The translations under genes and the position numbers were made by a program. A DNA stretch of 64,000 nt from Laetmonice hystrix. Lineage: Eukaryota. The notes beneath the pieces were generated by a model that worked only from the letters and a program-made list of their open reading frames with translations, ran no database searches and was not told where the DNA came from. Below are positions 24,148-34,442 of the stretch, one piece after another (the stretch's first letter is position 1; each line of letters begins with the position of its first letter). Where the stretch lies: positions 30,754,001 through 30,818,000 of the forward strand of contig OZ249436.1 of assembly GCA_965235115.1 (NCBI GenBank). Direction: 5' to 3'.

Positions 24148-26999
24148 ACCTGGCTGTTAGAAACACGTCTGCCACACCAATGGCTGGAACTGGTCGGAAA
24201 CGGCTTGGCTCAGGTATGAACCCTTAACCTGGCTGTGAGGTCTGCCACACCAATGGCTGGTACTGGTCGGAAACGGCTTGGCTCAAGTATGAACCCTTAA
24301 CCTGGCTGTTAGAAACACGTCTGCCACACCAATGGCTGGTACTGGTCGGAAACGGCTTGGCTCAGGTATGAACCCTTAACCTGGCTGTGAGGTCTGCCAC
24401 ACCAATGGCTGGTACTGGTCGGAAACGGCTTGGCTCAGGTATGAACCCTTAACCTGGCTGTTCCAGGTCTGCCACACCAATGGCTGGTACTGGTCGGAAA
24501 CGGCTTAGCTCAGGTATGAACTCTTAACCGGGCTGTTAGAAACAGGTCTGCCACACCAATGGCTGGAACTGGTCGGAAACGGCTTGGCTCAGGTATGAAC
24601 TCTTAACCTGGTTGTTAGAAACAGGTCTGCCACACCAATGGCTGGTACTGGTCGGAAACGGCTTGGCTCAGGTATGAACCCTTAACCTGGCTGTTAGAGG
24701 TCTGCCACACCAATGGCTGGTACTGGTCGGAAACGGCTTGGCTCAAGTATGAACCCTTAACCTGGTTGTTAGAAACAGGTCTGCCACACCAATGGCTGGT
24801 ACTGGTCGGAAACGGCTTGGCTCAGGTATGAACCCTTAACCTGGCTGTTAGAAACAGGTCTGCCACATCAATGGCTGGAACTGGTCGGAAACGGCTTGGC
24901 TCAGGTATGAACTCTTAACCGGGCTGTTAGAAACAGGTCTGCCACACCAATGGCTGGTACTGGTCGGAAACGGCTTGGCTCAGGTATGAACCCTTAACCT
25001 GGCTGTTAGAGGTCTGCCACACTAATGGCTGGTACTGGTCGGAAACGGCTTGGCTCAGGTATGAACCCTTTACCTGGTTGTTGGAAACAGGTCGGCCACA
25101 CCAATGGCTGGTACTGGTCGGAAACGGCTTGGCTCAGGTATGAACCCTCAACCTGGCTGTTCGAGGTCTGCCACACTAATGGCTGGTACTGGTCGGAAAC
25201 GGCTTGGCTCAGGTATGAACCCTTAACCTGGTTGTTGGAAACAGGTCGGCCACACCAATGGCTGGTACTGGTCGGAAACGGCTTGGCTCAGGTATGAACC
25301 CTTAACCTGGCTGTTCCAGGTCTGCCACACCAATGGCTGGTACTGGTCGGAAACGGCTTAGCTCAGGTATGAACTCTTAACCGGGCTGTTAGAAACAGGT
25401 CTGCCACACCAATGGCTGGAACTGGTCGGAAACGGCTTGGCTCAGGTATGAACTCTTAACCTGGTTGTTAGAAACAGGTCTGCCACACCAATGGCTGGTA
25501 CTGGTCGGAAACGGCTTGGCTCAGGTATGAACCCTTAACCTGGCTGTTAGAGGTCTGCCACACCAATGGCTGGTACTGGTCGGAAACGGCTTGGCTCAGG
25601 TATGAACCCTTAACCTGGCTGTTAGAAACAGGTCTGCCACACCAATGGCTGGTACTGGTTGGAAACGGCTTGGCTCAGGTATGAACCCTTAACCTGGCTG
25701 TTAGAAACAGGTCTGCCACACCAATGGCTGGTACTGGTTGGAAACGGCTTGGCTCAGGTATGAACCCTTAACCTGGCTGTTAGAAACAGGTCTGCCACAC
25801 CAATGGCTGGTACTGGTCGGAAACGGCTTGGCTCAGGTATGAACCCTTAACCTGGCTGTTAGAGGTCTGCCACACCAATGTCTGGTACTGGTCGGAAACG
25901 GCTTGGCTCAGGTATGAACCCTTAACCTGGCTGTTAGAAACACGTCTGCCACACCAATGGCTGGTACTGGTCGGAAACGGCTTGGCTCAGGTATGAACCC
26001 TTAACCTGGTTGTTAGAAACACGTCTGCCACACCAATGGCTGGTACTGGTCGGAAACGGCTTGGCTCAGGTATGAACCCTTAACCTGGCTGTTCGAGGTC
26101 TGCCACACCAACGGCTGGTACTGGTCGGAAACGGCTTGGCTCAGGTATGAACCCTTAACCTGGCTGTTAGAAACAGGTCTGCCACACCAATGGCTGGTAC
26201 TGGTTGGAAACGGCTTGGCTCAGGTATGAACCCTTAACCTGGCTGTTAGAGGTCTGCCACACCAATGGCTGGTACTGGTCGGAAACGGCTTGGCTCAGGT
26301 ATGAACCCTTAACCTGGCTGTTCGAGGTCTGCCACACCAATGGCTGGTACTGGTCGGAAACGGCTTGGCTCAGGTATGAACCCTTAACCTGGTTGTTAGA
26401 AACAGGTCTGCCACACCAATGGCTGGTACTGGTCGGAAACGGCTTGGCTCAGGTATGAACCCTTAACCTGGCTGTGAGGTCTGCCACACCAATGGCTGGT
26501 ACTGGTCGGAAACGGCTTGGCTCAGGTATGAACCCTCAACCTGGCTGTTCGAGGTCTGCCACACCAATGGCTGGTACTGGTCGGAAACGGCTTGGCTCAG
26601 GTATGAACCCTTAACCTGGTTGTTAGAAACAGGTCGGCCACACCAATGGCTGGTACTGGTCGGAAACGGCTTGGCTCAGGTATGAACCCTTAACCTGGTT
26701 GTTAGAAACAGGTCGGCCACACCAATGGCTGGTACTGGTCGGAAACGGCTTGGCTCAGGTATGAACCCTTAACCTGGCTGTTCCAGGTCTGCCACACTAA
26801 TGGCTGGTACTGGTCGGAAACGGCTTGGCTCAGGTATGAACCCTTAACCTGGCTGTTCCAGGTCTGCCACACCAATGGCTGGTACTGGTCGGAAACGGCT
26901 TGGCTCAGGTATGAACCCTTAACCTGGCTGTTCCAGGTCTGCCACACCAATGGCTGGTACTGGTCGGAAACGGCTTGGCTCAGGTATGAACCCTTAACC
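24148..26999. repeat. Satellite array, 73/75/79-bp units, roughly 37 copies (~2.85 kb)
   Basis: CCTGGCTGTT[AGAAAC|AG|CG|CC]AGGTCTGCCACACCAATGGCTGGTACTGGTCGGAAACGGCTTGGCTCAGGTATGAACCCTTAA repeated with very few substitutions. Confidence 0.99.
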
Positions 27000-27414
27000 G
27001 TTGAATCATTGACAGACGTTGGATCGGCTAAGAAAAACCGATTTGGCTCTCTGCACGGTCATATCCAGTTCTTTGTTTCTTTTTATATTTCTTCCGTGAG
27101 AGGGGGCGACTGGATGTCTTGTCTAGGGGCTTCCATAGGGTGTGATTACTACAAGAGGTATGATGTGAATACATCATAATGGGTGCTTTTAGCGTATAGC
27201 CGACGTAGTACAGCAACTGACTGGGTGGTTTCTTTTGTATGAATAACGGTAACAAAAACAAAATATAAAAACAACCGCCAATGTATCACGTCGACCACCA
27301 AGCGATATATCGCCTCCTGGGGCCGTAATGTTACCATTGAGGGATGCACTAACTTTATATGGAACGACTTTCTCAATAGAGTCCTGTTTGGCGGGGGTAC
27401 CTTACCAGTATCTG

Positions 27415-27571
27415 GGCCCTGGAGCTCGAATCATTTTGAGTAGAGCTTACTTAAACTTACAGGCTTCGGATTGGCTAGTCTGCTGAGCCTAGCCATGCAA
27501 TCAGGAGGCAACAAATTTACTTTAGTAATAGCTTTACTCAAGTTGAGAATCTTCGAGCTGCATGCCGGGCC
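27415..27571. mobile_element. Degenerate palindromic MITE with CTG TSD (PIF/Harbinger-like)
   Basis: CTG|GGCCC...GGGCC|CTG. Nested inverted segments: AGCTCGAA/TTCGAGCT, TTGAGTAGAGCT/AGCTTTACTCAA and a central GATTGGCTAG/CTAGCCA..AATC. Confidence 0.6.
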
Positions 27572-27860
27572 CTGATCAGGTACTATACCTCTCTGTCTAC
27601 CCATTAATAAGTCTACTTACTAAAAAAAGTTTTCTCCTTTTTCCCCCGCAGATACGCAGTATCATAATAATACTTATCGGCAGTGCTAAGCTGCTTGGAG
27701 CTGTCACTGTCAGACGAGAACGGTAAATGTAATAAAGAAAAGTTGTTATGGTAACACAGAGCGACGCTGCATATAAACAGGCGATATACCTGTCGGCAGA
27801 GCCTTGTGTCGTCGGCGGACTACAGCCAAGAATACCAGGCTCATCGTGTACAGGTCCGAC

Positions 27861-28946
27861 GTCATAGACCGGCTCTCTCTCAGTGAGCGAGGTACTAAAA
27901 CCAGGGATCAGGACAGGCACAATCTTTTGTAGAGGTCATAGACCGGCTGTCTCGGGGACAGTGAGCGAGGTACTAAAACCAGGGATCAGGACAGGCACGA
28001 TCTCTTGTAGAGGTCATAGACCGGCTCTCTCGGGGACAGTGTGTGGGTGGGTATTTGGGGTTTTACGCCTTGCAACAGCCAGGGTCATATCACGGCGGTG
28101 AAGATGATGATGAAAGTCAGTTTTTCTTGGTGGAGGAAACCGGAGTGCCCGGAGGAAACCACCGACCTTCGGGAAGGAACTGACTGACAAACCTTTCACA
28201 CATGCAGCCCAGACCAGGAATCGAACCCGGACCGCAGCGGTGTGAGGCGATGGTCCTAGGTGTCATGAGCCAGCACCTTTGACCACTCGGCCACCCGAGG
28301 CCCCCTCGGGGACAGTGAGCGAGGTACTAAAACCAGGGATCAGGACAGGCACAATCTCTTGTAGAGGTCATAGACCGGCTCTCTCGGGGACAGTGAGCGA
28401 GGTACTAAAACCAGGGATCAGGACAGGCACAATCTCTTGTAGAGGTCATAGACCGGCTCTCTCGGGGACAGTGAGCGAGGTACTAAAACCAGGGATCAGG
28501 ACATGCATAATCTCTTGTAGAGGTCATAGACCGGCTCTCTCGGTACTAAAACCAGGGATCACCTGGGACATGCACAATCTCTTGTAGAGGTCATAGACCG
28601 GCTCTCTCGGTACTAAAACCAGGGATCACCTGGGACAGGCACAATCTCTTGTAGAGGTCATAGACCGGCTCTCTCGGGGACAGTGAGCGAGGTACTAAAA
28701 CCAGGGATCAGGACAGGCATGATCTCTTGTAGAGGTCATAGACCGGCTCTCTCAGCGACAGTGAGCGAGGTACTAAAACCAGGGATCAGGACAGGCACAA
28801 TCTCTTGTAGAGGTCATAGACCGGCTCTCTCAGCGACAGTGAGCGAGGTACTAAAACCAGGGATCAGGACAGGCACAATCTCTCTCGGGGACAGTGAGCG
28901 AGGTACTAAAACCAGGGATCAGGACAGGCACAATCTCTTGTAGAGG
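27861..28946. repeat. Minisatellite, 78-bp unit, about 11 copies including deleted units, interrupted by a SINE
   Basis: GTCATAGACCGGCTCTCTCGGGGACAGTGAGCGAGGTACTAAAACCAGGGATCAGGACAGGCACAATCTCTTGTAGAG on both sides of the insertion at 28042-28304. Confidence 0.97.
28042..28304 (-). mobile_element. Full-length tRNA-derived SINE with a V-domain-like core and LINE-like tail; 13-bp TSD
   Basis: Minus strand: GGGGCCTCGGG-TGGCCGAGTGG (A box)...GGTTCGATTCC (B box)...GGTGGTTTCCTCCGGGCACTCCGGTTTCCTCCACC (V-SINE-like core)...CGCCGTGATATGACCCTGGCTGTTGCAAGGCGTAAAACCCC-AAATACCCACCCACA. TSD CTCGGGGACAGTG at 28029-28041 and 28305-28317. Confidence 0.92.
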
Positions 28947-29086
28947 TGAATGCTACCCCTAACCCCTCTCTATAAAAATATAGTTATCATTTACGTTACA
29001 AGAAACGAAACCGTATGGAAAACGATTTCACTTCGCCTCATGTAGTCACAAATTGCCATGGGGCAGACAGAAAATTTTAGGGGCAC

Positions 29087-29151
29087 TTCTCATTGCGAGG
29101 ATATTTCATATAACTAGGAACTTCTCATTGCGAGGATATTTCATATAACTA
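29087..29151. repeat. Two-copy tandem duplication (~33 bp), probably inside a decayed MITE
   Basis: ACTTCTCATTGCGAGGATATTTCATATAACTAG occurs twice in tandem. Confidence 0.85.
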
Positions 29152-30471
29152 GAACACCTGATTTTTAAAAAAGTGAACTTTGTCTAGAACTACTGAGGCG
29201 GCAATGCCCCACCCCCATCCCCGCCACCCCCACCCCCACCCCCAGCACGGCGCTGATTCGGTGGCAAGTCTATCAAATTTTTACACGCCCTTGAATTTTG
29301 GACTTTCACCATAAAGTAGTCGTACTACCATGTTCACATACAGGGTTGAACAATTCAACCCAAGAAACCATAAATGATAGGATCAATGAAATCAAAGCCA
29401 TTGTTACCTTCACCACAGTTATAAACCTATACTTTCAGTTATAAACCTATACGTTTTAATTGTAGCCATACCTGCGTGTTCTCGGAAAGACACACGTTCA
29501 TCAAAGAGCAACCAAACAAACTTGATGTGCCACACAGCCTACGCGAAATGATTGTTTTATTGCTAACTCTCGGGATACGAGGGCGACAGGATATTAACAA
29601 TGTCCCAAAATACCACCAATGAAGCCGAGACATCAAGTTATAAACCTGTCCTATCCATTCAAGCCTGAAATGTTTAGCCCTGTGTGGCAGTCCCATAAAC
29701 TTTAATCATTAAAATTTACTACGCTTGCTGAAAACTTCAAACATGTATATTCTATTATTATAGTTTCACCCAAACCTTCAAAGCCCGATATCTCGGAGGT
29801 TTTTTAAATATAAAACATATCTCTCATTCACATAAGATTCTCGCAAAATATTGCGGGTTTAGCTTTTAAATTCGGATGCAATGCAGATTGAAATGGGTCA
29901 CAGAACAAAGACTAAGTATACAGTACGACAGCGACATGGCTAGAAATGTATAACCCTGCTTACAGATTCATGCCATGTGCCAGAGAGACTTCAAAGATAT
30001 GCATAAGACTGGAGACAGAGCCTTTTTCACCTGTAAAGGCATTACAGTGACTTCATGACTAACATATGTAAGTGACTCTCAGTCTGGAGACTTGGTGAGC
30101 ACTGGAGTTTCAAAAACTGCAGCAGAGATGACCAACAATGTACTATTGATGGCATGTCCTTCAGACTGACTCGTGTACAGGTTTAAATTACTCCAGACTA
30201 GAGAAGAGACGGTGGGCGGCGGGGGTGGCGGGTGGAACCATCTCCTGATTACGTCAGGTAAACAGGAAACCTTTAGATTTCACACCCACCACGTGTTACG
30301 GATTCATGTTTCAACTGTACGACACAACATGAACGGTCCGGGACTAGGAGTATACGTTGTCTCCAAGACATGATGCTCCCAGGGCTCCACCTGTCAAAGA
30401 TCTATCAATCCATGCTTGTAATATATTTTAACGTATTCAAGTGAACTGACACCCCGGAGTGTTCTGTCTAA

Positions 30472-30682
30472 AGTGCTGAACCCACCAAGGCGATTCCCCT
30501 TGCGACGGCCATGCGATTTTTGATTTAATGGTGGAATTTCACTCTGAAATTTTTCCTGGCTGGCCTTCTCCGTTTCAGGAAATGGGTTCCATCCTTTAAT
30601 CTCAAAATTACAGTAAAATAAAAGGGTGATGTCAAAATCGCATGGGCGTCGCAAAGGGAATCGCCTTGGTGGGTTCAGCACT
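30472..30682. mobile_element. 211-bp MITE, ~50-bp TIRs, TAA TSD (PIF/Harbinger, Tourist-like), copy 1
   Basis: TAA|AGTGCTGAACCCACCAAGGCGATTCCCCTTGCGACGGCCATGCGATTTT ... AAAATCGCATGGGCGTCGCAAAGGGAATCGCCTTGGTGGGTTCAGCACT|TAA; second copy at 55416. Confidence 0.93.
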
Positions 30683-33492
30683 TAAAACGGCCCCCTTATC
30701 CCCATGATTATGATAAGCTTCCTTTTAGACACGTACATGTACATGCAAACAATATAAAATAGATTCCTGCTAATCAGATCGAATCGTTTTATCACCAGTT
30801 GTCAGAAAACTGCGCATATTATGACTGGGGTGTCTCTGGTTTGACACTGCCGCCAGGGATAATGAAGATCATAATGATTTCCATTCACACAGTGAGTGTG
30901 ACCCTCTATTCAGGAGCCAATCTGACCACCATCTGCGTGGGGACGGAACGCATCACAGAGCATAACCCAACAATCCCAGGCGCTCGGAATTGCACCACAG
31001 GCGAGGTGCTGCTGATATTGCAATACAGTCAACTACAGATTTTTGATAACTAAAGGTGGCTGTTTTTCTATTTTTCCTGAAAAATAGAGTAAGAAGCATA
31101 TGTACCAATTGATTAAATTCTTAATGTTGACCCTTTATTAGCTATGACTTCTTGTACACAATGCGTTTCCTGCCATAATATGACTCATTTCTGAGGTGAA
31201 CATGAATCTTTGTATTCCACTCATCCTTGCAGTTCACGAACCCTTCCCTAACTCTGAATGTCTGTCAGACCCACCGTTCATCGCGAAGATGCACATAATC
31301 ATAACCCGTACTACGTTAACTGAACCATCAAAGGGCAAATACATACAAACTGCTTCAAAGAACCCAACTTCCTTGAAGAGAAGCCTCAATCATGACGTTT
31401 GAAAGTACATGTAGCCTATACCTATTCTGTAGCACATTAACCGACTGGCGGCAAGGTGAGTTGAGCCTTGATCTCCAGGTGGCACCACTGTCTACCGTCT
31501 CCCCTTCAACACAATCCCATTAACGCGGCACTCTGGAGGTACAATACTGATCAGCAAGTTTTCTATGACACATCGCATCATTATCAGAGGACACTGTCAG
31601 TGGTAAGGGTCATGTACGTGCAGGTGAAGTCTCATTAAAACAGTGATTGCAGCTGACCAGCTCTGGTAGACCCACATAATAACAAAAGATGACCACCTTT
31701 TGCAAAACACGCAAAAACTTGCTTACCTGCACAGAACAGTTGGAATGCAAAATAATCACTTGCAAGCTCTTCAGTAGAACAGAGTTCAACAAGAAATGTT
31801 TACCATATGTAAGCCATACCAAGTTAAGCTTATACAAGTAGCCCATGCAATTGGCCCTGCCTGATAAACGAAGCTATACGGGACGGCTGTTCGGTTTAGC
31901 TATACAACATCACTCCAACGAAGTGTTCAGCAACGGGCATTCCTCAAAAAGAAACTACCATAATATTAAATGTAACGGCGGTAACAATATCCCGCTTCAG
32001 AAAGGATGAACCTCTCCTGCCATGTACACAATCTGTCCTGACATGTTTATCATGTTGAGTCTATATGACAAGACGTGATTCTGGCTCTATATCACACGTA
32101 TACCGTGTGTTGAGCATGACCGCCTGATCCCCACCCAGACCTGTGGGTAGCTGACCTAGCTGACACAACACTGTGTCATCCAACTATGGACCACCTCCCT
32201 GGCATGTTGTTCCCGACAGCAAGAAACACATGACACAACAAGGCAATACATGCAAACTTAGCATGGTATACAAAGTTGCAGGGCATGCGATATGTGATCC
32301 TACTCTTTTTGTGGTATCTGACACCATTTTTCAGTGACGGCGTAAGCAGGGAAAGAGGTCAGTCACGAGGGCATCCCTCTGACACATCACAACCAAAAAA
32401 AAACCTCCCACCAGCATCCTAGTAGCATTTCAGTATTTTTTACGGACTGCTCTGCTGTACGCCTGACCCGCACAAATGTAATGCACAGCCGACTCTGCAG
32501 ATAGACAATATGATGGATTTATAATAGCTATTAATGTGTGACCAACAAAGGTCGAACTATGGAAGAATTGGGTAGGATTCTCAGTGAGATACCACGCGCT
32601 GTCGTCTGCAATGACTGTCATTCACTTGCTATTGTTAAAATACATTGTGTACAACATTTCTAACTTATTCTGTTCTCCATCCTACGAAACCTGGCCAGTT
32701 ACTATGTACCACATCCGGTACCATCTTACCTGACTTGACCGTGCAAAGTAAAACTGAATGTAGTACACACCCTATCTGTCCACACACCTTGGGCGCCAAC
32801 GCCGGCGAGTTTCATGGGTTCTGTCCAAAGTTGTTTCAGTGTGTGAATCCAAGCCATATCAATTCCCTAATGCGATGTGATTTATGACGGAGGAAGGGTT
32901 AGTAGGAGAGTGTGGGGGGAGGCTGCTCGAAACGGGCCATCGTCAGTCGGTTGACCAGACTGAAGATGAAGTTTTACCGACAAAAGATCAAAGAGATGTT
33001 TATGTTTAGTATATATGTGTGGGGCTGCACTAATTTAATACAGAGACTCGACATTCGATCACTGCTTCCACTGTCATAAAGGAAAGCTGCCATTCAGTGT
33101 TCAGTGTTGCATGTAATCCAGACCTAGCAAAGCAGCGGTGCATCTCGCATCGTTCACTTCAAAACTGATAGTATATAGTATGATATAGTTTTCACATTTG
33201 AACATTCTGTTTGCAGAAATAAATGAGAACATAAGGTATTTCAATTTCTATTTCTATTTGGCTTTTGTAATCAATTTTTTCTCTTTCGCGAGTTTCTTTC
33301 CGAGAGGTTGAATATTTTGATATGTCATTTTTTTCATTGGGGTTCTTTGAGGGTGCAGGACCAGATGGGGTTAAAATACTGCACTCTACAGATTCTCTCA
33401 CTTATTCACTTTGCCGCTGACTGGCACTGGGATGACATGCCGCCAACGAGTCCACTTCCTCATTGTATCACAGAATAAGCACAGTTAGGTCC

Positions 33493-34442
33493 ATATGTCT
33501 GCATAGACACAGGCCAAGTCCACCTTTTAGCTCAGAAACAGGCCAATACTATGTCTGCACAGACACAGGCCAAGTCCACGTCAGCTCAGAAACAGGCTAA
33601 GTCCATGTCAGCTCAGAAACGGGCCAAGTCCATGTCAGCTCAGAAACGGGCCAAGTCCATGTCAGCTCAGATACAGGCCAATACTATGTCTGCACAGACA
33701 CAGGCCAAGTCCACGTCAGCTCAGAAACAGGCTAAGTCCATGTCAGCTCAGAAACGGGCCAAGTCCATGTCAGCTCAGATACAGGCCAAGAGCATGTCAG
33801 CTCAGATACAGGCCTAGTCCATGTCAACTCAGAAACAGGCCAAGTCCATGCCAGCTCAGAAACAGGCCAAGTCCATGTCAGCTCAGAAACAGGCCAATAC
33901 TATGTCTGCACAGACACAGGCCAAGTCCATGTTAGCTCAGAAACAGGCCAAGTCCATGTCAGCTCAGAAACAGGCCAAGACCATGTCAGCTCAGAAACAG
34001 GCCAAGTCCATGTCAGCTCAGAAACAGGCCAAGACCATGTCAGCTCAGATACAGGCCAAGTCCATGTCAGCTCAGATACAGGCCAATAGCATGTCAGCTC
34101 AGATACAGGCCAAGTCCATGTCAGCTCAGATACAGGCCAATAGCATGTCAGCTCAGATACAGGCCAAGTCCATGTCAGCTCAGATCTGGGCCAAGTCCAT
34201 GTCAGCTCAGATACAGGCCAAGAGCATGTCAGCTCAGATACAGGCCTAGTCCATGTCAGCTCAGATCTGGGCCAAGTCCATGTCAGCTCAGATCTGGGCC
34301 AAGTCCATGTCAGCTCAGATCTGGGCCAAGTCCATGTCAGCTCAGATAAAGGCGAAGTCCGACCATGTCAGCTCAGATACAGGCCAAGTCCATGTCAGCT
34401 TAGAAACAGGCCAAGTCAATGTCAGTTGATATACGGGCCAAG
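33493..34442. repeat. Minisatellite, 27-bp unit, about 35 copies
   Basis: CATGTCAGCTCAGA(A/T)ACAGGCCAAGTC; translates as (MSAQ[KI]QAKS)n, broken by TAG at 33815, 34247 and ~34401. Confidence 0.98.

Noticed and set aside
24148..26999. CRISPR array or repeat-protein gene
   Set aside because: Units are contiguous with no unique spacers, 73/79-bp units break the frame, the context is eukaryotic and there are no cas genes.
28200..28304. tRNA gene
   Set aside because: The A and B boxes belong to a SINE head followed by core, tail and TSD; the box spacing is enlarged and there is no acceptor stem. The heads at ~47780-47848 and 62731-62811 are rejected on similar grounds.
30394..30681. Duplicated small protein MLNPPRRFPLRRP.. 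(also 55413-55625)
   Set aside because: Both ORFs lie in the two copies of a 211-bp MITE.
33551..34249. (MSAQKQAKS)n protein as a real CDS
   Set aside because: In-frame TAG stops, a 1-nt indel at the array start and no acceptor; kept only as a low-interest finding.
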